This document shows, one piece after another, positions 1 through 9,411 of a stretch of DNA of 64,000 nucleotides. How positions within the stretch are numbered: the stretch's first letter is position 1; each line of letters begins with the position of its first letter. The notes under the pieces were generated by a model. It was not told the origin of the DNA and did no database searches. It was given only the letters and a program-made list of their open reading frames with translations. The DNA lies in contig OZ242005.1 of the NCBI GenBank assembly GCA_965204725.1, positions 2,816,001-2,880,000 on the forward strand, written 5' to 3'. The stretch is from Candidatus Latescibacterota bacterium (lineage in GTDB: Bacteria > Latescibacterota > UBA2968 > UBA8231). The translations under genes and the position numbers were made by a program.

Positions 1-852
1 GGCCAGCAAACGGTCGTAGTGCTTGCAGTGCAAGCCGCAGCCACCGGCGTTGACGACGATTGCGTCCAGATTTTCAGCGTCAAACGCATCGATATTGATC
101 CGCGCCTGCTGCCGCGCCTGTTCAACCGCGCCGTTGTGCGCGTGCAGCGAGCCGCAACACGCCTGTCCATCCGGCAGCAGCACTTGGCAGCCGTTGTGCT
201 GCAACACGCATATCGTATCGGCGTTTACCTCGGCAAAGGATACGTCTTGGACGCAGCCGGCCAACAGCGCGACCCGGTAGCGCGGTGCGGGCGGATTCGC
301 CTGCTGCAAACCTCGGCGATACAGCTGGTCGGTAAAGCGCGGAGAAATCTGCGGCGCCAGCGGCTCTAGGGCACCTAAGCCAAAGGGCAGCAGCCTGAGA
401 AGGCCGCTGCGGCGCGCTAGGGTTTGCAGGCCGCTGCGTTGGAAGGCACGCAACAAGCGCGCCGCGACCCGCAGGCGCGTCTGGTTGGCAAAGAGCCAGC
501 CGAGGACCCAACGGCGCACAAAATTCCGCACAGTGCCGTCGAGCAAGCCCTGCCGCTCCACTTCGGCGCGCGCATTTTCAAATAGCGCGGCGTAATCCAC
601 GCCAGCCGGGCACGCCGTCTGACAGGCGAGGCAGCCTAGGCAGAAGTACATCTCGTCGGCAAAGGTCGCACTCGCCTCCAGCTCGCCATCGGCGATGGCC
701 CGCATCATGGCGATCCGCCCTCTGGGCGAAGAGCGCTCGTGCAGGGTTGCGTCGTACGTCGGGCAGGTCGGCAAGCAGAGGCCGCAGTGCATGCACTGCT
801 GGAGTGCGGAGTAATCCAGACCGCGCAGTAGGTTGAGACCGTCGTCGCTCAA
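1..852 (-). CDS. glcF: Glycolate oxidase iron-sulfur subunit / (Fe-S)-binding protein, 3' end outside the window
   Basis: Translated by hand from TTG at 852, overlapping the glcD stop: LSDDGLNLLRGLDYSALQQCMHCGLCLPTCPTY...SPRGRI...CLGCLACQTACPAGV, two CxxCxxCxxxCP 4Fe-4S motifs. Absent from the ORF track because it runs off the window edge. Confidence 0.88.
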   Translation of the reverse strand, partial: MSDDGLNLLRGLDYSALQQCMHCGLCLPTCPTYDATLHERSSPRGRIAMMRAIADGELEASATFADEMYFCLGCLACQTACPAGVDYAALFENARAEVERQGLLDGTVRNFVRRWVLGWLFANQTRLRVAARLLRAFQRSGLQTLARRSGLLRLLPFGLGALEPLAPQISPRFTDQLYRRGLQQANPPAPRYRVALLAGCVQDVSFAEVNADTICVLQHNGCQVLLPDGQACCGSLHAHNGAVEQARQQARINIDAFDAENLDAIVVNAGGCGLHCKHYDRLLA

Positions 853-2228
853 TCGAACATGTTCCCCGGGTTTAGGATGCCCTTGGGGTCAAAGGCGGCC
901 TTGACGCGCTTGATAATTTCCAGCCCCACCGGCCCGACTTGCCGCGGCAAATAGGGCTTTTTGGCCAAGCCAACCCCGTGCTCACCCGTGATGGTTCCGC
1001 CCAATTTTACGGCATGGGCAAAAACCTCGGCCATGGCCTTTTCGACGCTGGCCATTTCGTCCGAGTCGCGCTCGTCGCACAAAAAGGTGGGGTGTAGGTT
1101 GCCGTCGCCGAAGTGGCCGAAGGTCCCCACCCGCACTTGGTGCCGCTGGCCGACCTCCTGTAGGTAGGCCACCATGGCCGCTAGCTCGCTGCGCGGTACT
1201 GTGACGTCCTCCAACACCACTGTCGGAGCACGCCGCGCCAGCGCACTAAAGGCCGTGCGCCGAGCTGCTGCGAGCTGCTGAGCCTCGGCGGCCGATTCGG
1301 CGAGTCGCACCGAGCGGGCACCGCCCTCGCGGGCAATGGCCTCAATTTGGGCGGCCTGCTCGGCGACCTGTGCCGGGTGTCCATCTACCTCCATCAGCAG
1401 CACGGCCGCGCAATCCGTCGGCAGGCCAATGCCGGCGTGGGCCTCCACGCACTCGATAGTGGTGCGGTCGAGGAATTCGAGGGTGCAGGGGATGATTTTG
1501 TGCGCGATAATCGCCGAGACCGTGGCCGCAGCCTGCGTCATCTCGTCGTACAGGCCGAGCAAGGTTTTCTTGCTCGCGGGTGCTGGGACCAACTTGAGCG
1601 CGATCTGGGTAATGACCCCGAGCATGCCCTCGGAGCCGACGAACAGATCTTTGAGCGTGAAACCAGCCACGTCCTTGACGCATTTGTTGCCGGTCTCCAA
1701 CACCTGCCCATCGGCTAGGACCACCTCCAGCCCCATCACGTAGTCGCGTGTCACGCCGTATTTTAACCCGCGCAGTCCGCCGGAATTGTTGGCCACATTG
1801 CCGCCGATAGTCGAAATCTTGATCGAACCGGGGTCCGGGGGATAAAATAGGCCGGCGGCTTGGGCCGCGTCGGCGATTTGCTGAGTGAGAACCCCCGGCT
1901 GGACGACCATGACTAGGTTGGCCGCGTCCAGCTCTAAGATCTGGTTGAGCCGGACCAAGCAGAGCGCGACCCCCCCTTGCGAGGGCACCGATCCTCCGGC
2001 CAACCCAGTGCCCGAGCCGCGCGGCACTACGGGGACCCCTCGCTGGTTGCACCGGGCCAAGAGTTGGACGACCTCCTCCCGGCTCTCCGGCAGGGCCACG
2101 CAACAGGGTCGCTGGTGCAGCAGGGCGGTCCCGTCGAACGCATAAACGCTGCAATCCTCGGCCGAGGTCAACAACTGGTCCGGGCGTAGGAAGGTGCTGA
2201 GATCGCCTATTAGGGCGGCGTGATCCAT
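849..2228 (-). CDS. glcD: FAD-linked oxidase, glycolate oxidase/D-lactate dehydrogenase subunit GlcD
   Basis: PRGSGTGLAGG, PPDPGS, TIGGNVANNSGG..LKYGVT, KDVAGF, GHFGDGNLH, GEHGVG, DPKGILNPG; adjacent to glcF. Start placed at MDHAAL. Confidence 0.9.
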   Translation of the reverse strand: MDHAALIGDLSTFLRPDQLLTSAEDCSVYAFDGTALLHQRPCCVALPESREEVVQLLARCNQRGVPVVPRGSGTGLAGGSVPSQGGVALCLVRLNQILELDAANLVMVVQPGVLTQQIADAAQAAGLFYPPDPGSIKISTIGGNVANNSGGLRGLKYGVTRDYVMGLEVVLADGQVLETGNKCVKDVAGFTLKDLFVGSEGMLGVITQIALKLVPAPASKKTLLGLYDEMTQAAATVSAIIAHKIIPCTLEFLDRTTIECVEAHAGIGLPTDCAAVLLMEVDGHPAQVAEQAAQIEAIAREGGARSVRLAESAAEAQQLAAARRTAFSALARRAPTVVLEDVTVPRSELAAMVAYLQEVGQRHQVRVGTFGHFGDGNLHPTFLCDERDSDEMASVEKAMAEVFAHAVKLGGTITGEHGVGLAKKPYLPRQVGPVGLEIIKRVKAAFDPKGILNPGNMFD

Positions 2229-2241
2229 GGCGGTGCGCCCC

Positions 2242-3003
2242 TTATGCGCTCGGCGGCTGGCGGCGCTGCAACTCGCTGGGCAGGTGCTCAGTGCGGTTGA
2301 CATATTGGATGGAGACCAAGGCGGGGTCGTGGCGCAGGGAGACGCGGGTGATGGCCGTGTTGTCGTGTTCGTAGTAAAAGCCCCCTTGTATCGCAGCGAA
2401 TTCGCTTTCGCGGTAAAAGCCTTCGCCTTTGCCCCGCAGCTTGTTGTCCAAGGCCCTCAGCAGCAGGCTCATAAAGCCGGCGTGAGTTACCAAGCCGATG
2501 CGCGTCCTTTCCCCCGCCCGCGCTAGCAAGGCGGTAGCGGCGTCGATAGCGCGGCACTGGACCTGCTGACTCGTTTCCACGCCCTCGCTCCACCACCCGT
2601 CCTCGCCGACTTCCGCTGGCACGACGCTGGCTGGAAAACGCGCAGCAATCTCCGCTCGCGTCAGCCCGGGATAGCCCACGACGCCCCGCTCGCCGCGGTC
2701 GAGATAAATGCCGCCGATCTCGTGAATGGCCACCCAGACCTCGGGGGCCGATTCCATGGCCCGTCCGATTTCTTGCGCTGTGTGCAGGGCGCGGATCATT
2801 GCACTGCAATAAAGCCGATCGAGAAAGGGCCGACCCGCTGTGCGCTCGGCCGGGGTCAGGTGCAACCCCTCTGCTAGATACGCCGCCACTCGTTTGGCCT
2901 GTGCCCGGCCGGTAGCGGTCAATTCGGGATCGGCGACGCGCTGGCTAGCATCGGCCAGCGCATTGTTGGTGGACTCGCCGTGGCGGATTAGAAATAGGTC
3001 CAT
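2242..3003 (-). CDS. Histidine phosphatase (phosphoglycerate mutase-like) family protein
   Basis: N-terminal LIRHGES, SAMIRALHTA, LVTHAG, DNTAIT, N..HL motifs. Confidence 0.9.
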   Translation of the reverse strand: MDLFLIRHGESTNNALADASQRVADPELTATGRAQAKRVAAYLAEGLHLTPAERTAGRPFLDRLYCSAMIRALHTAQEIGRAMESAPEVWVAIHEIGGIYLDRGERGVVGYPGLTRAEIAARFPASVVPAEVGEDGWWSEGVETSQQVQCRAIDAATALLARAGERTRIGLVTHAGFMSLLLRALDNKLRGKGEGFYRESEFAAIQGGFYYEHDNTAITRVSLRHDPALVSIQYVNRTEHLPSELQRRQPPSA

Positions 3004-3121
3004 ATAGTAGTCCTAAATGACCTGAAAGCATGGAATGTTCATCGGCACCGTCTTTTTGTTTATGAGGCGTCATTCCCGCGAAAGCGGGAATCCAGTCTTG
3101 AAGGATGTTAGGATTGCTATA
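3003..3121. mobile_element. MITE-like element, family A, with internal REP palindrome
   Basis: Ends TATAGTAGTCCTAAAT...TTAGGATTGCTATA are imperfect inverted repeats with TA termini. Internal GTCATTCCCGCGAAAGCGGGAATCCAG at 3069-3095. Arms match copies at ~11946, ~24791, ~56740 and ~59791. Confidence 0.8.
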
Positions 3122-3194
3122 GCATTCTTGACAGTAGTACGGATAGTGGTTAGTGGTTAATGCCCACGTACTTCCCACCACTTTCCTAAATGTT

Positions 3195-4682
3195 ATGGAC
3201 ATTAAAGTAATACAGGGAGCCATTCAAAAACAGGACGCGGACGTCCTCGTGGTCAATCTCTTTGCCGGAGCGCGTCCCGGCGGGGCTACGAGTGCGGTTG
3301 ACCAAGCCCTAGGCGGCCAAATCTCAGCGGCGATTGACTTGGGCGACTTCGAGGGCAAGGCCGGACAGACCCTGCTGCTGTACTCGCACGGCCAGATCCC
3401 AGCCCCGCGCATCCTCGTCGTCGGCTTGGGCGAGCAGGAGGGCTTTGATCTCGAAAGGGCGCGCCGCGCCGCGGGCACGGCTATCGGCACCCTCAGCCGC
3501 TTGGGTGCCAAAAGCGCGGCCACCATCCTTCACGGCACGGGCGCGGGCAACCTGCCCGTCGGGCCAGCCGCGCAAGCGGTGGCCGAAGCATCGCTGTTGG
3601 CAGCCTATCGCTTTGACGAGTACCGCTCGCAACCCCGCCCGCAGCCGCTGACCAAGCTGCGCATCGTAGAGTTCGACGCGACCAAGCTCAAAGAGGCGCG
3701 GCGCGGAATGCGGCGAGGCCGCGCCCTCGCGGAGGCCACCTGCCTTGCCCGCGACTTGGTGAATCACCCCGGCGACGAGGTTACACCGGCCTACTTGGCC
3801 CGCACGGCCCGCCGCCTAGCCAAAACCCACGATTTGCGCTGCCGGGTTTTCAGCGCGAAAGGCTTGGCCCAGCTAGGGATGGGCGCCCTGTTGGCCGTTG
3901 GCCAAGGCAGCGCCAACAAGCCGCGTTTCATCGTCCTCGAACACGGCCCCCACAAGGGAGAGCCGCTGGTGTTTGTCGGCAAGGGCATCACCTTTGACAG
4001 CGGCGGCCTATCGCTCAAGACCGTCGAGGGCATCCGCACGATGAAGACCGACATGTCCGGTGCGGCGGCCGTCTTGGGAGCTATGCAGGCGGTGGCCGCC
4101 CTCGGCCTCAAGCGGCGGGTCGTCGGCCTGATCGCCGCCGCTGAGAACATGCCCTCCAGCACCGCCTTTCGTCCCGACGACGTCCTGCGCACCCTCGCTG
4201 GCAAGACCATCGAGATCGTCAGCACAGACGCCGAGGGCCGCCTCGTCTTGGCCGACGCGCTCGCCTACGCCACCCGCTACGAACCGGCCGTGGTCATCGA
4301 TTTGGCTACCCTCACCGGCGCTTGTGTTACCGCGCTGGGGCACCATGCTTCGGGCCTGTTTGCCAACGACGACGACTTAGCAAATCGGCTGCTCGCGGCC
4401 GGCGAGCAAACCGGCGAGCGGCTCTGGCGGCTGCCGTTGTGGCCCGAGTACCGCGACCAGATCGACAGCGACATCGCCGACATGAAAAACTCAGGCGGTC
4501 GGCCCGCGGGTGCCAGTACGGCCGCCGCGCTCTTGGCCGAGTTTGCCCCCTACTCGTGGGCGCACCTCGACATCGCCGGCACCGCTTGGTGCGAAAAGGC
4601 CAAGCCTTACGTGCCGCGAGGCGGCGTCGGCATTGGTGTGCGCTTGTTGACCCAACTTGCCCTCGATTGGAGCTCATCATGA
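3195..4682 (+). CDS. pepA: Leucyl aminopeptidase (M17)
   Basis: VGKGITFDSGG, MKTDMSGAA, ENMPS, STDAEGRLVLADAL, DLATLTGA, WAHLDIAG. Confidence 0.95.
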   Translation: MDIKVIQGAIQKQDADVLVVNLFAGARPGGATSAVDQALGGQISAAIDLGDFEGKAGQTLLLYSHGQIPAPRILVVGLGEQEGFDLERARRAAGTAIGTLSRLGAKSAATILHGTGAGNLPVGPAAQAVAEASLLAAYRFDEYRSQPRPQPLTKLRIVEFDATKLKEARRGMRRGRALAEATCLARDLVNHPGDEVTPAYLARTARRLAKTHDLRCRVFSAKGLAQLGMGALLAVGQGSANKPRFIVLEHGPHKGEPLVFVGKGITFDSGGLSLKTVEGIRTMKTDMSGAAAVLGAMQAVAALGLKRRVVGLIAAAENMPSSTAFRPDDVLRTLAGKTIEIVSTDAEGRLVLADALAYATRYEPAVVIDLATLTGACVTALGHHASGLFANDDDLANRLLAAGEQTGERLWRLPLWPEYRDQIDSDIADMKNSGGRPAGASTAAALLAEFAPYSWAHLDIAGTAWCEKAKPYVPRGGVGIGVRLLTQLALDWSSS

Positions 4683-5671
4683 CTATTCGCACGATCCACC
4701 TAGGGGCCGGTGGCCGCGGCCGCTGGCCCCTAAACCGCTTCCGCGACCGCACGGACTTTGAGGCCGTCGCCTTAGTCGATGTTAGCGAGGAGAACCTCGC
4801 GGCCACACGCGAGACGACCCGCCTCGGTGAAGAAGCGTGTTTTTCTACGCTCGCCGATGCCCTGCAAGCCGTTGACGCGGACGCCGTAGTGGTCATTACG
4901 CCGCCCGATCTACACGCTGGCCAGTGCTTGGAGGCGGTCCGCGCTGGCAAGCACGTACTGGTGGAAAAGCCTTTTACCAAAGACCTCGGCCAAGCGCGGC
5001 AAATCGTCGCTGAGGCCACCGAGCGCGACCTCAAGGTCGCCGTCACCCAAAACGCCCGCTACTATCCGCCGGTCCTGACTATTCGCCGCTTGCTGCAAAG
5101 CGGCGAGTTGGGCCACCCTTCCTTTGGCTTGATGACCAAATACGGCTGGCGTCCGCGGGTGCATCATTCGGGTGCGGACCAGCACGCCTATTTGTGGGAG
5201 CGCGGCATCCACGACTTCGATCAACTGCGCCACCTGCTCGACGCCGAGCCGCGGCGGCTGTTCTGCCACAGCTTCAATCCGCCTTGGAGTCCGTACAGCG
5301 GCGGCGCGGCCATTGACGGCTGGATCGAGTTCCACAACGGCACCACGTTCAACTTCCAATGCACCTTCGCCACCCACAAAGGCGGCTCGAGCTGGCGGCT
5401 GGACTGCGAGCAGGGCACGGTTGAAGAAGTCGCTGGCGGCTTGGCGATCCGGCGTCCCGGAGCCGACAGCGACGAGATCATCCCCATGGACGAAAACCCC
5501 CATCCCGAAGAAGTCCTCTTAGACGGCTTCCGCGACTTCGTGCTCCACGGCGTGGAGCCGCCCTTCTCAGGCCGGCGCAACTTGGCGACTGTGGGCCTGA
5601 TCAACGCCTTAGGCTCCTCGTCAGAGCAAGGCGTTGTAATTGACTTCGACGAGTACATGGCTGCCGAATAG
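4679..5671 (+). CDS. Gfo/Idh/MocA family oxidoreductase
   Basis: MTIRTIHLGAGGRG Rossmann start (ATGA overlap with the pepA stop); GKHVLVEKP; GIHDFD. Confidence 0.9.
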   Translation: MTIRTIHLGAGGRGRWPLNRFRDRTDFEAVALVDVSEENLAATRETTRLGEEACFSTLADALQAVDADAVVVITPPDLHAGQCLEAVRAGKHVLVEKPFTKDLGQARQIVAEATERDLKVAVTQNARYYPPVLTIRRLLQSGELGHPSFGLMTKYGWRPRVHHSGADQHAYLWERGIHDFDQLRHLLDAEPRRLFCHSFNPPWSPYSGGAAIDGWIEFHNGTTFNFQCTFATHKGGSSWRLDCEQGTVEEVAGGLAIRRPGADSDEIIPMDENPHPEEVLLDGFRDFVLHGVEPPFSGRRNLATVGLINALGSSSEQGVVIDFDEYMAAE

Positions 5672-5689
5672 GCAAAAGTCCAAGCCTAC

Positions 5690-6075
5690 TTGGTTTTCGC
5701 GGACGAGCGATACCGCTTCTCTAGCAAGAAGCCCTCTACTCGTGCGCCATGGCGCGAAACAGGGGCCGGACATCTCGTTCCGCAACTAATATCGCGCCCG
5801 TTCTGTTTCGCTTGCAGGAATACGACAATAGGTGCTATCAGCGGATCGTAGATACCATTCGGCTGATCCTGCCTTTCTTTTTTAATTTCGCATTAGAGCC
5901 ACAGTACAATCGTCTTCTCCTGAACTGGCGCGAGCGCAACAGCGATCAGGTATTCAGCGTGGCGCAGGCGTCGGATAGCATGTTGCGAGTCTTATCGCTA
6001 GTCACTCTTCTCTTGCAGCCAGAACGGGATTTGCCGGACGTTCTGATCCTCGACGAACCAGAACTTGGATTGCAC
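5690..6075 (+). pseudogene. Fragmented AAA-family (AAA_21/RecF-like) ATPase remnant
   Basis: LVFADERYRFSS...WRETGAGH in one frame, then NIAPVLFRL...SDSMLRVLSLVTLLLQP...LILDEPELGLH (ABC signature and Walker B) in another. No Walker A; similarity stops after GLH. Confidence 0.7.
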
Positions 6076-6124
6076 CTGCAGGATCGGGTGTCGTTCTTGT
6101 GGCTGTTCAAAAAGGAGAATGACG

Positions 6125-7723
6125 ATGAGAGAATTTCCCATGGGCTTGCTTGCTGCTCGCAAAAAGCAGGAGGCAGAGTTGTATGCAAGCCGCTTGAATT
6201 GGATGGAGTGGCTAAAGCCACCCATTGATCTCAGCCTTGATCAAAATAAGTTCGACGTGCTCAGTTGGCTTGAGAGTACTGCGTATTTTATTGAGGCGTC
6301 AGCGAAGGCGTACTTGGTCTTGCAGTATGGGCCAAATTCATTTCCACGTACCCACAACATATGCGAAATAATGCGCCATCTCGAAGAAAAGAATGGTTCC
6401 CTGGTGGAGGACCTGTGCCTTGCAACAGACCTAATGACAGGAGGATCGATTCGCGGTGATATTGAGAGCCTTTCCAACTTGAACAATAAGGTGCAATATG
6501 AAGTTGTGAACCCCTCTGATTACAGCGACATGATGCTCCCCCTGCGAGTATTCTCCTTGTATTTGGGAGATGTCTTACAGGAAAAGCTAAAGTCCACGGG
6601 TAAAGATGGTAACATAATGAGGCATCTTGCGTGGGATAGGCGTTCCCCTCGAAAAGGTCATCCGCAAGGACTCCCGCTTATTGACGTGTATGAAGCTAGC
6701 GGTGCTTACCTGGGCATACCGTGGCGCACCCTTGATCCTCTGAGGAATTGTCAGCTCGATAAAGGAGAGTTGATATTTCGATTCCCCATGAATTGGATAT
6801 TCGGCAGTCCCTTGTCAGAATTGACGGTCTTGTTTTCGCATGATGATGCCAAGCGTTTCTATGAGGGCATGGAGAGTGATCCATCTGAAATCATCCGCTT
6901 TGGTAAATGCAAGCAGATCAGCACAGACACGAGGAGCATTTCTGTCCGGTGCGAAGGAATAGCCACTTACGGTTCCCGCGATCCGTCTCCGATTCATTTC
7001 AATCTCAAGGAACCTGAGCCCTCTCTGACAGGCCACAGAATTGTTGATGGCGAAAATCAGTTTGAGGCAATGGCAAAATTAAAGTCAATGGACATTTATA
7101 AGGGGCTAGACATGCCCGACTTATACTTAGCCATTGAGAGAGATTTTGACCATGTTGTGCAGCATTTGGTTAGATCGGGGTGTGACGTTAATGAGTCAAA
7201 TCCCGGTAGCTGGACTCCCCTAGGGTATGCGGCGGTCTTGGGGTCGTGCAATGCTGCCCGTATTTTGATAGGCGCAGGAGCAGAGATAGACAAAGGAGAT
7301 GGGGAAGGACACTCTACTCCTCTTCTCGAATCTATCCATGGTCCTGTGTCCAACGATCCAAACTTCAATACCTCAATGGCTATCCTTCTGATAGAGCACG
7401 GTGCCGATGTGCTAGCCAAGACTGATTCTGGCCTGACCGCGATACATCTTGCGTCTTTTTACGACAGCCAGTTGGATAGGTTACGCTTGTTTTTGGGCAA
7501 ATTTGAGGAATTGGGGAAACTCAAAGACAGCGTTAATGCTCAGGACGATCTAGGTCGAACCGCTCTGCACATTGCATGCGATCGTGAGGTGGCCAGGGGG
7601 TGTGTAGAGTTGTTGCTTGATCATGGGGCATCCAAGAGCATCAAGAATAACTTAGGGCAGTTCCCCATAGACGTGGCTAATAGACCAGTCGATCCCGGCC
7701 TTCTCAACTTACTATCCCCATAA
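6125..7723 (+). CDS. HEPN-domain / ankyrin-repeat fusion protein
   Basis: AGGAG 7 nt upstream of ATG 6125. N-terminal AYFIEASAKAYL...FPRTHNI is HEPN-like. C-terminal ankyrin repeats: WTPLGYAA, STPLLESI, LTAIHLAS, GRTALHIAC, LLLDHGA, GQFPIDVA. Visibly lower GC than the flanks. Confidence 0.75.
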   Translation: MREFPMGLLAARKKQEAELYASRLNWMEWLKPPIDLSLDQNKFDVLSWLESTAYFIEASAKAYLVLQYGPNSFPRTHNICEIMRHLEEKNGSLVEDLCLATDLMTGGSIRGDIESLSNLNNKVQYEVVNPSDYSDMMLPLRVFSLYLGDVLQEKLKSTGKDGNIMRHLAWDRRSPRKGHPQGLPLIDVYEASGAYLGIPWRTLDPLRNCQLDKGELIFRFPMNWIFGSPLSELTVLFSHDDAKRFYEGMESDPSEIIRFGKCKQISTDTRSISVRCEGIATYGSRDPSPIHFNLKEPEPSLTGHRIVDGENQFEAMAKLKSMDIYKGLDMPDLYLAIERDFDHVVQHLVRSGCDVNESNPGSWTPLGYAAVLGSCNAARILIGAGAEIDKGDGEGHSTPLLESIHGPVSNDPNFNTSMAILLIEHGADVLAKTDSGLTAIHLASFYDSQLDRLRLFLGKFEELGKLKDSVNAQDDLGRTALHIACDREVARGCVELLLDHGASKSIKNNLGQFPIDVANRPVDPGLLNLLSP

Positions 7724-7735
7724 AGGAGCGTCCTA

Positions 7736-9262
7736 ATGACTAACCCTAGCCCCACCCTCAACGTCGTCCCCGGCACGATCTTCCACATGGACAACATCTT
7801 GGCCCTGCGCGGCATCAACTCAGGGACCATCGACCTCATCGCCACCGACCCGCCGTTCAACACGGGCCGCAACCGCGAGGCCGTCGGCGGCCAGTACCCG
7901 GACCAGTGGCTATGGGACGAGGGAAAGAATGGCCCGTGGTTGGAGCAGATACGCGACCTGAACCGCGCCGTCGCCGAGGTCATCGAATCGGCGATGCACG
8001 CCCACACAAAGAACCTTGGTGCGTTCCTCTGCTTCTTGGCCGAGCGGCTGATTGAGTGCCATCGGATACTCAAGGACACCGGCAGCATCTATGTCCACTT
8101 GGACCAGACGGCGAGCCACTACGTCAAGGGTATCATGGACGCGATCTTCGGGGCGAAGAATTTTCGCAATGAGATCGTGTGGGCGTATGAGAAATGGACC
8201 AATGCGGCGTCCAGATTCCAGCGCAATCACGACGTGATTCTTTTCTATGCTATGAGCAGTAACAGCACGTTCAACAAAATCCGTGGGCCTAGAACAGCAC
8301 GGCAAGATTCCTTGATCGAGGCTGGGTACAATCTCGGAACAAGCGGGGATGGCAGTCCTATTGTTCGGATTTACAACCCCGATCACCCGAAAGTCGTTGA
8401 ACAGATAGATCGCTGGCGGGCAGAGGGACGGGCAATCTATCAAGTAAACCCGCAGGGCAAAGCACTGTCGTCAGTATGGGTACTACCTATGCTCAATGGA
8501 CAAGCCAAGGAGCGCACCGGCTACCCCGACCAAAAGCCCGTCGCCCTGTATGAGCGCATCGTCACCGCGTCCAGTAACGAAGGCGACCTCGTCCTCGATC
8601 CGTTCTGCGGCTGCGGCACTACCCTCGTCGCGGCCGGCAAGCTCGGTCGCCAGTTCATCGGCATTGACCGCAACGACGACGCCAAAGAGATGATCCTCTG
8701 CAGCCTCGCTGGCACGAAGAAGGCCGACCTAGAGATCATCCGCAAGAAGACCCGGCACACCGACCCGGGCTGGATCGACCGCCAGCTTGCCAATCACGAG
8801 GCCATCTTTACCACGGACCCACCGGAGCGCACCGACGACCTCGAAGAGGAGACGACGCCGGGCCTGCCGACGGTGCATCGCCACAAGGAGCGCACGATCT
8901 TTGATCCGCACACCATGAAGCGTATGCTCTATGAGAAGTTCGGCTCTCAGTGCTGGGGCTGCGACTTCCAAGCCCCCGCGGGCGACCGCGGCATCAAGTA
9001 TCTGGAGTTGGACCACATCAGCCCTCGGGCCGACGGCGGCTCCAACCAACTCACCAACCGCGCCTTGCTGTGCGGCCCGTGCAACAAGGAGAAGTCCGAC
9101 AATCTGACGCTGGGTGCGCTGCGTCGCCAAATCTATGGCAATCGCAAGAAGGCCAACCAGCACCCCATTGATCTCAAGGCGGCGGCCGCGTGGACGCGCC
9201 ACCAAGAGCTAGAGGAATTGCTCCGGCGCGAGGCGGAGGACAAGCCGCTGTTTGCCAAATAA
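7736..9262 (+). CDS. N4C/N6A DNA methyltransferase (beta class) fused to a C-terminal HNH endonuclease
   Basis: DLIATDPPFN, FRNEIVW, GYPDQKP, VLDPFCGCGTT; C-terminal CWGC...ELDHISPRADGGSNQLTNRALLCGPCNKEK. Confidence 0.9.
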   Translation: MTNPSPTLNVVPGTIFHMDNILALRGINSGTIDLIATDPPFNTGRNREAVGGQYPDQWLWDEGKNGPWLEQIRDLNRAVAEVIESAMHAHTKNLGAFLCFLAERLIECHRILKDTGSIYVHLDQTASHYVKGIMDAIFGAKNFRNEIVWAYEKWTNAASRFQRNHDVILFYAMSSNSTFNKIRGPRTARQDSLIEAGYNLGTSGDGSPIVRIYNPDHPKVVEQIDRWRAEGRAIYQVNPQGKALSSVWVLPMLNGQAKERTGYPDQKPVALYERIVTASSNEGDLVLDPFCGCGTTLVAAGKLGRQFIGIDRNDDAKEMILCSLAGTKKADLEIIRKKTRHTDPGWIDRQLANHEAIFTTDPPERTDDLEEETTPGLPTVHRHKERTIFDPHTMKRMLYEKFGSQCWGCDFQAPAGDRGIKYLELDHISPRADGGSNQLTNRALLCGPCNKEKSDNLTLGALRRQIYGNRKKANQHPIDLKAAAAWTRHQELEELLRREAEDKPLFAK

Positions 9263-9411
9263 CCTCAGAAAGGAGGCCCCATGACCATCCGACGCACCGA
9301 CACTGCCAAAAGAAATCCCAGCCCATCCGACGCCCGGAGAAGATCGGATTGCCTACATTTCGCCGAATGGCTTTGTAGGCTAGAGACGCTGAATAAGAGG
9401 AGAACGCAATA

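Noticed and set aside
1-2228. Absence of glcE as a novelty
   Set aside because: Two-gene glcD-glcF arrangements are common, and the operon continues outside the window.
4322-4678. N-terminal extensions in the ORF track (also 849-2303, 6065, 36180-38966, 49329, 52171)
   Set aside because: They overlap neighbouring genes; downstream starts have an RBS, stop-start overlaps or proper signal peptides.
5672-9411. Prophage or integrative element
   Set aside because: No integrase, phage genes or att repeats seen; treated as a small defence-like islet.
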